Under the pieces are notes generated by a model that saw only the letters and a list, made by a program, of their open reading frames with translations, was not told the DNA's origin and did no database searches. Below, piece by piece: positions 48,482 to 58,728 of a stretch of DNA of 64,000 nucleotides. Position 1 is the stretch's first letter, and the number at the start of each line of letters is the position of its first letter. Source of the DNA: a candidate division WWE3 bacterium (GTDB lineage Bacteria > Patescibacteriota > WWE3 > 2-01-FULL-39-13). Location of the stretch: the NCBI GenBank assembly GCA_943354835.1, contig CALRDH010000003.1, positions 104,496-168,495 on the forward strand, in the 5' to 3' direction. A program made the translations under genes and the position numbers.

Positions 48482-49301
48482 AGTTACAAATATATCAAAA
48501 AAAGAGTTCTGCAAAAATTTTGGCATAGAAGAAATTGACCTAGTTGATTTAGGTATATTTAATGAAAATGACTTTAAAGAGCTAGAGGAAGTATTTGGAT
48601 ATTTAAAAGGCAGTAAGCGACTTTCACATTTAGTTAATGGCATACCATACCTGATCTCACACTTCTTTGAATTGTTAGCAATCGCAGATCAGATAATATC
48701 AAATCAACTCAAGGACATAAAAAAATATTCAACAGATCAAAAGATCAAGCTAAAGGATAGATATCCAATATCGGACTATATAATAAAGGCTAGTATTATT
48801 TCGGGATTTAAGCCAAAAAATATTTTAGAAATAGGAACATATTATGGCTGGGGAACGGCTTCTATCAAAGCAGCTTCGCCAAAATCGACAGTTTACACAA
48901 TGAATCCGAAAGAGAATGAAAATGCGAATAATCCAATAAATGAAAATGACATAGGCAAAATTTATAGGAAAAAGAACCTAGATGCAAAGCAAATCTGGGC
49001 AGACAGCACAAAATATGACTATAAAAAATTACCAGAAATAGACGTCACATATATAGACGGAAATCATGAACATGATTTTGTATATTCAGATCTTGTAAAT
49101 ACATCAAAGATAACTAAAAAGGCAATAGTACTAGATGACTATATACCATCAAAAGATAGTCCGCGAGGTGACGTCAGAGCTTATGGAGAATGGAATAAAT
49201 CTGTTGTATCAGCTGTAGATAGCTTTTTAAATAAAAATGGTAAATTATTTAAGTATGCATATTGGATAGAAGAGACACCTATTTGTGTACTAATTAAATA
49301 A
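48468..49301 (+). CDS. Class I SAM-dependent methyltransferase (Methyltransf_24-like)
   Basis: ILEIGTYYG, YIDGNHEH...D, VLDDY. Confidence 0.78.
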   Translation: MPVSKVTNISKKEFCKNFGIEEIDLVDLGIFNENDFKELEEVFGYLKGSKRLSHLVNGIPYLISHFFELLAIADQIISNQLKDIKKYSTDQKIKLKDRYPISDYIIKASIISGFKPKNILEIGTYYGWGTASIKAASPKSTVYTMNPKENENANNPINENDIGKIYRKKNLDAKQIWADSTKYDYKKLPEIDVTYIDGNHEHDFVYSDLVNTSKITKKAIVLDDYIPSKDSPRGDVRAYGEWNKSVVSAVDSFLNKNGKLFKYAYWIEETPICVLIK

Positions 49302-49303
49302 AT

Positions 49304-50269
49304 ATGGAAATAAATGCAAGCCAGTCTAAAAACTTTTTATATAATCTTTTAAAAATTCGTCTAGTCGATGAATATATTGCTGACGTGTATCCAACAGATG
49401 TTATCAAGTGCCCAATACACTTAAGTATCGGATCTGAAGCAGTTTCGGTTGGAATATGCTCTGCGCTCAAGAAAACTGATATGGTAATAGGCGGGCATCG
49501 TGGACACGGAATATACTTAGCAAAAGGTGGAGATCTTAATGAATTTATGGCTGAAATGTATGGTAGAGAAACTGGATGCTCTGGTGGAAAAGGCGGATCT
49601 ATGCATTTAATTTCACTCGAAAACGGCCTTTTGGGCACAACACCAATACTTGGATCGACAATACCAATTGGAGTTGGCGCAGCACTATCATCAAAATTGA
49701 AAAAAAATGGCAAATTAACTGCAATATTTTTTGGCGACGGAGCATCAGAAGAAGGCGTCTATTATGAAAGTTTAAACCTAGCCGCTCTATACAAACTCCC
49801 AGTAATTTTTGTATGCGAAAATAATAAATACTCGATATTTCAGGATCTAAAAGCGAGACAGCCTGTCGATAATTTATATAAAAAAGGAGAGGCGTTTGGT
49901 ATTTCCGGAGAAAGAGTCGATGGAAATAATGTTGAGGACGTCTTTTTAGCCGCAAAACGAGCAGTTAAAGTAGCTAAATCAGGAAAACCATATTTAATAG
50001 AATGTGTCACAAATAGATGGAGGCAGCATGTTGGCCCATTTTATGACCATGAAATTGGATTTGGAACTAAAGAAGAAATTGAGAAAATTATGTTAAATGA
50101 AGACCCAATTGCAAATTTATTAAAGAAGGCTAAAAAGGCGGGTTTTTTCGACGATAAATTTGTCGAAAAAACCCGCAAACGAATTATTAAAGAAGTTACT
50201 AATTCAATCGAATTTGCAAACAAAAGCCCACTTCCGAGTGTCGAAAAGTTGTATAGTCATATATATTAA
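49304..50269 (+). CDS. ThDP-dependent dehydrogenase E1 alpha-like subunit
   Basis: HLSIGSEA, HRGHG, GKGGSMH, FFGDGA...ENNKY, RWRQHVG. Confidence 0.92.
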   Translation: MEINASQSKNFLYNLLKIRLVDEYIADVYPTDVIKCPIHLSIGSEAVSVGICSALKKTDMVIGGHRGHGIYLAKGGDLNEFMAEMYGRETGCSGGKGGSMHLISLENGLLGTTPILGSTIPIGVGAALSSKLKKNGKLTAIFFGDGASEEGVYYESLNLAALYKLPVIFVCENNKYSIFQDLKARQPVDNLYKKGEAFGISGERVDGNNVEDVFLAAKRAVKVAKSGKPYLIECVTNRWRQHVGPFYDHEIGFGTKEEIEKIMLNEDPIANLLKKAKKAGFFDDKFVEKTRKRIIKEVTNSIEFANKSPLPSVEKLYSHIY

Positions 50270-50271
50270 TT

Positions 50272-51327
50272 ATGAGAGAATTATCCTACGGAGAAGCTAT
50301 AAAAGAAGCAACTTTTCAGATGATGGAAAAAGATCCATCTATAATTGTAATGGGAGAAGGTGTAAATGATCCTACTGGGATGTTTGGATCAACTTCAGAT
50401 TTATATAAAACATTCGGGAAAGAAAGATTAATAGATGTTCCAAATAGCGAAAATGCGTTTACTGGAATGGCAATTGGTGCTGCTATGACAGGAATGCGAC
50501 CGATTATCGTTCATCAAAGAAATGATTTTTTACTGTTAGCTATGGATCAGATGGCAAGTCAAGCAGCGAAATGGTCATATATGTTTTCAGGTAAAGCACA
50601 TGTCCCGATTGTAATAAGGGCTGTTGTAGGGCGCGGATGGGGACAAGGAGCACAACACTCCCAAAGTTTACAAAGTTTATTTATGCATTTTCCGGGATTA
50701 AAAGTTGTCATGCCAGCCAATGCATATGATGCCAAAGGCCTTCTTGTATCAGCACTCTCTGAAGAAAATAGCCCGATAATTATTATTGAACATAGATGGT
50801 TATACAAAGCTAAATGCGACGTTCCAGAAAAGATTTATTCAGTCCCGATTGGTAAAGCTAGTATCGCAAGAAAAGGTAAAGACGTAACGATTATCGCTAC
50901 CTCTCTAGCAGTTGCAGATTCTTTAGTTGCATCAGAAAAACTTATAGAATTAGGCGTTTCTGCAGAAGTTATAGATCTAAGAACTGTACGCCCACTGGAC
51001 CTTGATATGATTAAAAAATCAGTAATCAAAACTCAAAACCTTGTAATTGTCGATTCTGGTTGGAAAACCTGTGGTGTATCCGCCGAGGTTGCAGCAGTGA
51101 TAGCAGAAGATCCAAAATCATTTCGAGCTTTAAAATCACCAATTAAACGAGTGGCATGGGCCGAGACACCGGCACCAACTACATATGCGCTTGAAAATAT
51201 CTTCTACCCTACAGTTGAAACTATTGTGTCAGCAACATTAGAAGTTATAAAAGGCGAAACTATCAATATGGAATCAAAATACGAAGAACAAAAATTTACA
51301 AAGAAACAATTTACTGGATCCTTTTAG
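50272..51327 (+). CDS. ThDP-dependent dehydrogenase E1 beta-like subunit
   Basis: GEGV, DVPNSE, GWGQGAQHSQ, PGLKVVMP, EVIDLRTVRPLD. Confidence 0.92.
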   Translation: MRELSYGEAIKEATFQMMEKDPSIIVMGEGVNDPTGMFGSTSDLYKTFGKERLIDVPNSENAFTGMAIGAAMTGMRPIIVHQRNDFLLLAMDQMASQAAKWSYMFSGKAHVPIVIRAVVGRGWGQGAQHSQSLQSLFMHFPGLKVVMPANAYDAKGLLVSALSEENSPIIIIEHRWLYKAKCDVPEKIYSVPIGKASIARKGKDVTIIATSLAVADSLVASEKLIELGVSAEVIDLRTVRPLDLDMIKKSVIKTQNLVIVDSGWKTCGVSAEVAAVIAEDPKSFRALKSPIKRVAWAETPAPTTYALENIFYPTVETIVSATLEVIKGETINMESKYEEQKFTKKQFTGSF

Positions 51328-51333
51328 AACCAA

Positions 51334-52419
51334 ATGAAATCAGCACAGGACGTAATATCACAAGACATAAAAAAAATAATAAGAGAATTAAAAGGCGAAT
51401 TGAAACAATTTTCTGGAAAAACATTATTGATCACTGGCTCAAACGGACTTCTTGGGAGCTATATTGTTGACACAATAAAATACTTAAACGACACCAAGAG
51501 TTTGAGCAGTCCCTGCAAAGTAATTGGTATTAACAGATCAAAAATAATAAATTCATCTAGAAATTTCCACGCACTAGAAGATAAAAATTTTAGATTCATC
51601 GAACACGACGTATCAATCCCACTACCTATAAATACTAAAATTGACTATATAATCCATTCAGCAGGATCATCAAGTCCGGCTGTGTTTCAAAAATACCCGA
51701 TAAATACAATCGACGTAAATGTTAATGGAACAAGATGGCTTTTAGAACTTGCTAAGGAACAAAAAATAGGAAGTATGCTTTATTTAAGTAGCGGTGAGAT
51801 ATACGGCAACCCAAACAAAAACAATACACCAACACCAGAAACATATAATGGAAATTCTTCCACACTTGATAAAAGATCGTGTTATATAGAATCAAAAAGG
51901 TTAGCTGAAACACTCTGCAAGATCTATAACGAGAATTTTAACGTCCCCGTAAAAATAGCCAGACCATTTGTAATTTATGGTCCAGGAGTGAAAACTGCCG
52001 ACGGCAAGGTCTTATCTGATTTCATGAAGTATGCGATAGAAAATAAGCCAATCGAAATGCTAAGCGAAGGGAATGACTTAAGGTCTGATTGTTATATCTC
52101 GGATGCCACGGTTGCATTCCTAAAAATCCTATTATCAAATAAAAATGGCGAGGTATATAATGTTGGAAGTGATAAAGAAGAATTTACGATAAAACAGTTA
52201 GCCGAAAAGATTCATAAAATCTGCAAAATAGAAACAAGTCCGGTTTATAAAGGGGCACCCATTCCAGCTCATTTAAAAAGTGCTCCGAAACGGTTTTCAG
52301 CTGATATAACCAAAATCAGAAAAGACTTTGATTTCATGCCAAAAGTTAATCTAGAAATAGGCCTTAAAAATACAATTGAGTGGAATAAATTATTTATGAA
52401 ACAAAGACATGAAAGATAG
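51334..52419 (+). CDS. NAD-dependent epimerase/dehydratase SDR, UDP-glucuronate decarboxylase-like (paralog 2)
   Basis: ITGSNGLLG, SSGEIYG, RSCYIESKR, RPFVIYGPG; clearly paralogous to 37127-38200. Confidence 0.88.
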   Translation: MKSAQDVISQDIKKIIRELKGELKQFSGKTLLITGSNGLLGSYIVDTIKYLNDTKSLSSPCKVIGINRSKIINSSRNFHALEDKNFRFIEHDVSIPLPINTKIDYIIHSAGSSSPAVFQKYPINTIDVNVNGTRWLLELAKEQKIGSMLYLSSGEIYGNPNKNNTPTPETYNGNSSTLDKRSCYIESKRLAETLCKIYNENFNVPVKIARPFVIYGPGVKTADGKVLSDFMKYAIENKPIEMLSEGNDLRSDCYISDATVAFLKILLSNKNGEVYNVGSDKEEFTIKQLAEKIHKICKIETSPVYKGAPIPAHLKSAPKRFSADITKIRKDFDFMPKVNLEIGLKNTIEWNKLFMKQRHER

Positions 52420-53560
52420 AATCCCTGATACATTTATGGTCTCATGTGCAATATTGTGTAAAAAAGAAGGTATGGCGGAATACTTTAAAAAAAGATGCGA
52501 GAATTTCGTTTTAATTACGGTTATTCCTAAATACGCAAAAGGACAAAAGCCGAAATGTGAGATTTTTGAAAGCGGAAATCTAATAAATTCTTTTGACTTA
52601 ATCACTATACCAGATTTCGTATCTGACAAAAGCAAATACTTTGTACACTTAGGATACGTATTTTCTATAATTTACGCGGCTTTTAAATTAAGAAAAAGAT
52701 TCGAACTCTTCATAGGAGAAGGCCATATTTATTCATCAGCAGGAATTATCCTAAAATACTTAGGTTTTTTCAAAAAAATAATATACTCCAGCGGTGATTA
52801 TTTTGTTGACGTAAAATCGTTTCAAATAATTGATAAATTCTTAAGTAAGCACGTTGATGCTATATGGTCTGCATCTGATCGCATGTGCAAAGAAAGACTC
52901 AAAAACGTAGTGATAATAAACCCTAATGGAATACAACTAACAATGCCACTAGGAGTTGAGATGAAAAAAAACATAATCAAAGAAAACAAATTAGATACTA
53001 AAAATATATTATTTATAGGAAACATACAAGAACACCAAGGCCTAGATTTATTCATAGACTCAATGCCTGAACTTATTCAGAAATTTCCAGATATGAAGCT
53101 CGATGTTATTGGAACTGGAATGCATCAAAATAACATAAAAGAAAAAGTATCAAAATTAGATCTTATTAATTATGTAACATTTCATGGATTTATTGAATGT
53201 CAAGACAAGACCGATGAAATATTTTCAAAATGCGTTTGCGGAATTGCCTTATATATCCCTGAACTTTCCGGATTTACAAAACTATCCGATCCTGGAAAAA
53301 TTAAGGACTATTTATCAGCAGGGCTACCAGTAATAACAACAAAAGTTTTTAACTTCTCAAAAGAGATCAAAAAATGCGAGGCTGGAGAAGTAATTGATTA
53401 CGATAAGGATCAACTAATTGAATCAGTTTCAAAGATATTAAAAAATCAAAGTACTTTACAATCTTATTCTAAAAAAGCTGTAAAACTTGCAGAAAAATAT
53501 GAATGGTACAAAGTCCTAGACAAAGTCTACACACAAACTTCTGATTTCTGGAATCAATAA
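52409..53560 (+). CDS. GT4-like glycosyltransferase
   Basis: FIGNIQEHQGLD, IGTG, DPGKIKDYLSAGLPVI. Confidence 0.85.
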   Translation: MKDRIPDTFMVSCAILCKKEGMAEYFKKRCENFVLITVIPKYAKGQKPKCEIFESGNLINSFDLITIPDFVSDKSKYFVHLGYVFSIIYAAFKLRKRFELFIGEGHIYSSAGIILKYLGFFKKIIYSSGDYFVDVKSFQIIDKFLSKHVDAIWSASDRMCKERLKNVVIINPNGIQLTMPLGVEMKKNIIKENKLDTKNILFIGNIQEHQGLDLFIDSMPELIQKFPDMKLDVIGTGMHQNNIKEKVSKLDLINYVTFHGFIECQDKTDEIFSKCVCGIALYIPELSGFTKLSDPGKIKDYLSAGLPVITTKVFNFSKEIKKCEAGEVIDYDKDQLIESVSKILKNQSTLQSYSKKAVKLAEKYEWYKVLDKVYTQTSDFWNQ

Positions 53561-53564
53561 CAAT

Positions 53565-54791
53565 ATGCAAAAATTAATAAAAGTTCTTTATATTGTAAAC
53601 TTTTATGGAAGTCCACCTTTAAATTATTTTGAAAAGTATACGAAGGAATTGAATTTAGCAGAGATATACATACTTAAATTACCAGCGGTCAGACTAACAA
53701 AAGGAAGGCTTTTTGTTGATGCATTCATTATTGACGTAAATGGTAAAAAGTATGAAACAAATGTCGATATAAATTTTCCGTTTCCACCAGCGGTAATATT
53801 TCTTACACAATATATTCTTAATTTCATATTGCTATTCACGCTCCTTAAAAAAATTAAAGTGAATAAATTCGACATATGTATCGGAGAAACGTCATTTGGT
53901 AGTGCATGTGCATACCTCCTAAAAAAGTTACAAAAGGTTAATTATTCAATTTACATGAACGGTGATATTTTGCCAAATAGAAAAAGTAACGAAACATATT
54001 ATTTTAATAATAAAATAGCTGATTCAATAATGATAAGCGGACAAATGTTGCTAAGAAAATTAGGCAGTAAATGCGATCTAATTTGGTATGTTACCCATAA
54101 GATACATGAGTGGGATATCAAAAATGGTATAAATACTAAGAATTATTTTTTTGCGGAAGCTGCTACCATTGACTTCAAAGAATTCCAAAATTATTCAAAA
54201 ATTCCAAAACAAAAAAATGTACTTGGATATATCGGCAGACTAGACGAATTTGCTGGGCTAGACATTTCGATTGAAAGCATAAAGTATATAAAAAAGAATA
54301 TTTCTGATATAAGATTCGATATTGTAGGAGGAGGAAGCGCATCTGTAGAGCATTATAAAGAAATAGCTAAATCACATGGGGTTTTAGACAACGTAAAATT
54401 CTATGGATATATACCTGAAATGAGCGACGCCTTTGATATACTATCAAAGGCGTCGCTAGGTATGGCTTTATACAAACCAGATAAATCAAATGTCTCTCTT
54501 GCTACAGATGTTTCGAAAGTTAAAGAATATATAAAAGTCGGTCTACCCGTGGTAATCACAAAAGGTGGACCAGCTGTTGAAAAGGAAATTATAAAATATA
54601 ATTCAGGTATAGTTGTAGATTATAACGCTAAAAAAATTGCGGAAGCAATTGTTAACATTTTAGATGAAAACAATAAATCCGAATATATGGAGCTCCAAGG
54701 AGGGTTGAAAAACCATGCGAAAAACTTAGATTATAAAAAACATTTCAAATATGTTTGGGAACAAATTCTAAAATTTTATGAGAATTCTTAA
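53565..54791 (+). CDS. GT4-like glycosyltransferase
   Basis: YIGRLDEFAGLD, VGGG, DVSKVKEYIKVGLPVV. Confidence 0.85.
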   Translation: MQKLIKVLYIVNFYGSPPLNYFEKYTKELNLAEIYILKLPAVRLTKGRLFVDAFIIDVNGKKYETNVDINFPFPPAVIFLTQYILNFILLFTLLKKIKVNKFDICIGETSFGSACAYLLKKLQKVNYSIYMNGDILPNRKSNETYYFNNKIADSIMISGQMLLRKLGSKCDLIWYVTHKIHEWDIKNGINTKNYFFAEAATIDFKEFQNYSKIPKQKNVLGYIGRLDEFAGLDISIESIKYIKKNISDIRFDIVGGGSASVEHYKEIAKSHGVLDNVKFYGYIPEMSDAFDILSKASLGMALYKPDKSNVSLATDVSKVKEYIKVGLPVVITKGGPAVEKEIIKYNSGIVVDYNAKKIAEAIVNILDENNKSEYMELQGGLKNHAKNLDYKKHFKYVWEQILKFYENS

Positions 54792-57700
54792 TCTACTAGT
54801 AAATTTATATGCAAAGGAAAAATTAAAAAGAATAGCTGATTCTAAATTATTTTATCTAATTTCTCTAGGCTTATTAGGTTTAACACCACTATTTTGGTTT
54901 TATAAGGACTTTATTATTCGCCCTGAAGAACTTAGCTACATAAACTATTCATTTTTATTTGAAAAATATCTATATGCTTGGTCTACTCATACATCAAATG
55001 GATTACCAACTACTTACTCAAATCAACTAATACTTTTTCCAGTTGGTTTGTTGTATGCATTTTTCGAAAAAATACAAATCTCGGAGCAACTTGCGCAAAA
55101 GATAATCCTTGTATTTTTCTACGAATCAACACTGATTTCTTCATACTTACTTTTTTTGAAACTATCAAAAAGTAACAAGTCTTCATTTTTGTCATCTATC
55201 TTTTATTCATTTAATTTCTATACTCTTTCCATCCCTTTTTATACAGCAAAGATGATACAGATGGCTATATTCCCAATAATTTTTCAAACTACATTAAATT
55301 ATATGGAAACAAAAAGGATTAAATATATCTTTCTTAATTTTATAACTCTATTTATATTTCAAGGTATCTTTTCCAACATCGCTAATGCCACATCTACAAT
55401 GATAGCTTACCTATTGGCAATTTCTTATTATCTTTATATAACTCGACCAAAAAGCAATCCGATAAAACATATTAAACACTTAACGACGTATTTCCTGGCA
55501 ATACTTCCAATATTTGTAAACATTGGTTTAATCTTCTATTACTCCGTATTGAATACTAATCTGTACATAAAATTAAGAGAAACAAACGGATTCGCACATA
55601 CCTTTCTATCAACATCAATTGCAAAAATATTCATAATATTTCATGGAGCATGGTGGGAAGACTCTGAAGTGTACAATACATTATTCACGCATTTTAACAA
55701 TCCCTTCGTAATTATTTCGTCGGTTGGACTTTTCGCATTTCTTGTCTTTGGATTCCTAACTATAGATAAAAAGAAGCAAAATAGAAAATCTTACGTTTTT
55801 TGGTTTTTCTTTTTCTGTATTTTCATATTTTTTGTAAAAGGAATAAATCAACCTTTTGGCACAGTATATAAATTGATGTTCTTTACTGTCCCTGGATTTT
55901 TTGTTTTCCGCGAACCATGGGCAAAATTCACTCCATTACTAATTTTTTCAGGGAGTATAGTTTTTCTCTACGTTTTCGAATCGATTTCAAAATATAGATA
56001 TTTGCCAAAACTTATATTCATAATGATTTTACTAATCGCTTTACCATTTCTGACTGGAAATGCTATAGATCATTCTGGATCTGGATATTCAGACACCGAT
56101 ATCTTAATTCCTAGTTACTGGAAGGACTTTCATGAATGGTCAAAAAACAAGGAAATTCAAAACCTTAATATTTTCGCAACGCCAGTAATATACGGAACCC
56201 AAGAATATTATAATTGGCAAGGTTATGAAAAGGGAAATTTAACAGGGTCATTCGTATACACTTATCTTTATAGCAATTCAATTAACAAACTAGATGATCC
56301 AACTGGCATACACTACGAGTATCTAAAAACATACAGCCCAAATTTATTTCAAATATTCAACGTCGATTATGTTTTAAGTCAAAATGATGTTGTTAACGTT
56401 GCCGCGAACAAGGACTATTCGATTAAAAATCTTTCGAATGAAAATATTATAGAAAAAGAACCATTTCTGAAATTTGGCAAATTAGCATTATACAATCTAC
56501 AACCAAAATATAAATCTCAAAGGATATACATACCACAAAATGTATACAAATATAGTAGTAACGATGAAGCAATATTTCCAACGATATTAAATATATTTCC
56601 AGAAGAAACATCACACGCATATATTTCAATACATGAAAAGGATAACTCTTACGATATAATATCTAATTCCGCAGTCACTGTAGCAAATAAAGTCAATTCG
56701 AATATACAGACGTTAGGGCAATGGGATAACGGATGGACCTGGCCTATAGAAGCAAGCGTGTCCCCAAAATCCACGAAATATAAACTAGTAAGATTCTCTG
56801 AATATATAGAACAAAAAACAACTCAAAATCAGCTAGATAAAATTGACCTTGACCTTTGGTATGCAGGAAAACGGATTGAGGAAATCCAGAGATTTGATTT
56901 AAATTCACTTGAAAAAAAGGACCTGCTTGAAGACTTCACAAAGAAAATATCATACATATCAGAAACTTTACGAAACTTTCCAAAAAACCATCAAGACGAG
57001 AAATACTGGGGAACTGTAAAAAAATCTCAAATGTATATTAAAAGGTTTATACAAACAGGAACTTTAGCGAAAACCATATATCTGGAGAAAAATCTTAACG
57101 AGTTAAATTCTTTTCAGTCATGGATAAATGAAAAAGTAAACCCGTATTGTAAAAAGCAATGTTACGAAATCAAAGCGACAGAGACAGGAACTCACCAAAT
57201 TTTTATCAAAAATTCAGAACTAAGAAAGATTTGGCCGAACAAAGATGAACTAAATAATTACCATGACGGAATTATTACCTTAATAGTAAAAGCAAATGAA
57301 TTTAATTCAATCTCTCCACAAATACTATCGGTTGAACCTTTATATATTGAAGATATAAATTCTCCAATAAAAATTGGGCAAGTAAATTTGCAAAAAGATG
57401 AAATATACTACATCGATCTTTCATTTTTAGATGATATAAACATCGTAAATAAGGGGTTATGGCAGACGCCAGATATTAATAAACAATCAGACTATGAAAT
57501 TGAATTTACACCTCTATCAGTTGTAAACGGATATACATCTGAAGACGGCGAGGAGGTAAGAATATGGAACAATACAATAAAATTCAAAGAACTTTCCGGA
57601 TGGGTGCCAAATACCCCATATAAGCTATCATTCAAATACAAAATCAATGATGGCAGACTTGGAATTTTAATCTCGGAAAGCATATACGATATATCGAACA

Positions 57701-58728
57701 TATCAGAAGGAAAAATTGGCAATAACTTTGAGAAAATAGATAATTCATCCTTAGTACAAAAAACCGCACTGAAAGAGTTAATCGATGCAAAATGCAATTA
57801 CGATTTAGATAATGAAAACTGCTGGATTAAATATGAAAAGACTATTAATCCAAATAGTTTATCAGTTGGGGCATCGATATATTTCTATGCAACTCCTGAT
57901 TCTAATAACTTCTCGAAAGTTTTGGTTAGCGAGATAAAGATAGAACCGATAACGGACCTAAAACCAATTCTCGTGCTAAATAAAGATGTAAATACGAGTA
58001 TCACTAGACCAGACATAAAATATAATATGATAAATCCAACTAAATATTCTATAGAAATCCGAAATGCAGTATCACCATATATTATTGTGTTTAGTCAAAC
58101 TTTTCATAAAGGTTGGAAACTTTATCTTAACAATCAAGAAATTGGCAAAACACAACATGAAATTGCAAACGGATTTGCAAACGCTTGGCAAATAAGCCCA
58201 GGCGAAGTAGGAAACCAAAGTAATTACACATTAACACTAGAGTATTATCCTCAAAGAATACTTTACTATACATGGTACGCGACAATATTAGTATTTATAG
58301 CATCAATCCTTTATGTATTATTTGAAATTTTATTAAATAAAAATTATTCTTTAACAGAATCAAATCAAAAAGCACCATCTTCACAAAAACCCCAACTACT
58401 TGGATTATTAACAAAAAGGGTAAAGAAACTTAAAAAACCAATCTTTATTGGGGGCATCATAACTATATTGTTTTATGAATTAAGTAGCTTGCAAACAATA
58501 TCCGATTTTGTAATTTTCCTAATAATAATATTTGCAATAATAGTTATAAAATTAGCTAAGATTAGTAGTAAAAATTTAATCTATACATCACTTTCACTTA
58601 TCATAATTATGATAATTTTAATATTATTTAAGAATGATACCTATTCTGAAATCTTTGCTATTTTCGCACTGACCTTAATTGCGGTAACCTCATTTATAGA
58701 ATTTACTAGAAAGAATATTGATGACTGA
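54778..58728 (+). CDS. Very large GT-C-like membrane protein (AftD/DUF3367- or YfhO-like) with extracellular domains
   Basis: N-terminal multi-TM region with KGINQPFG, FREPWAKF and IPSYW; C-terminal FSQTFHKGW, HEIANGFANAW, YYPQ and further TMs. Confidence 0.65.
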   Translation: MRILNLLVNLYAKEKLKRIADSKLFYLISLGLLGLTPLFWFYKDFIIRPEELSYINYSFLFEKYLYAWSTHTSNGLPTTYSNQLILFPVGLLYAFFEKIQISEQLAQKIILVFFYESTLISSYLLFLKLSKSNKSSFLSSIFYSFNFYTLSIPFYTAKMIQMAIFPIIFQTTLNYMETKRIKYIFLNFITLFIFQGIFSNIANATSTMIAYLLAISYYLYITRPKSNPIKHIKHLTTYFLAILPIFVNIGLIFYYSVLNTNLYIKLRETNGFAHTFLSTSIAKIFIIFHGAWWEDSEVYNTLFTHFNNPFVIISSVGLFAFLVFGFLTIDKKKQNRKSYVFWFFFFCIFIFFVKGINQPFGTVYKLMFFTVPGFFVFREPWAKFTPLLIFSGSIVFLYVFESISKYRYLPKLIFIMILLIALPFLTGNAIDHSGSGYSDTDILIPSYWKDFHEWSKNKEIQNLNIFATPVIYGTQEYYNWQGYEKGNLTGSFVYTYLYSNSINKLDDPTGIHYEYLKTYSPNLFQIFNVDYVLSQNDVVNVAANKDYSIKNLSNENIIEKEPFLKFGKLALYNLQPKYKSQRIYIPQNVYKYSSNDEAIFPTILNIFPEETSHAYISIHEKDNSYDIISNSAVTVANKVNSNIQTLGQWDNGWTWPIEASVSPKSTKYKLVRFSEYIEQKTTQNQLDKIDLDLWYAGKRIEEIQRFDLNSLEKKDLLEDFTKKISYISETLRNFPKNHQDEKYWGTVKKSQMYIKRFIQTGTLAKTIYLEKNLNELNSFQSWINEKVNPYCKKQCYEIKATETGTHQIFIKNSELRKIWPNKDELNNYHDGIITLIVKANEFNSISPQILSVEPLYIEDINSPIKIGQVNLQKDEIYYIDLSFLDDINIVNKGLWQTPDINKQSDYEIEFTPLSVVNGYTSEDGEEVRIWNNTIKFKELSGWVPNTPYKLSFKYKINDGRLGILISESIYDISNISEGKIGNNFEKIDNSSLVQKTALKELIDAKCNYDLDNENCWIKYEKTINPNSLSVGASIYFYATPDSNNFSKVLVSEIKIEPITDLKPILVLNKDVNTSITRPDIKYNMINPTKYSIEIRNAVSPYIIVFSQTFHKGWKLYLNNQEIGKTQHEIANGFANAWQISPGEVGNQSNYTLTLEYYPQRILYYTWYATILVFIASILYVLFEILLNKNYSLTESNQKAPSSQKPQLLGLLTKRVKKLKKPIFIGGIITILFYELSSLQTISDFVIFLIIIFAIIVIKLAKISSKNLIYTSLSLIIIMIILILFKNDTYSEIFAIFALTLIAVTSFIEFTRKNIDD

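Noticed and set aside
49304-51327. Housekeeping pyruvate dehydrogenase (pdhA/pdhB)
   Set aside because: No E2 or E3 nearby and the pair is embedded among sugar-nucleotide genes, so no symbol was assigned. It cannot be fully excluded without the rest of the genome.
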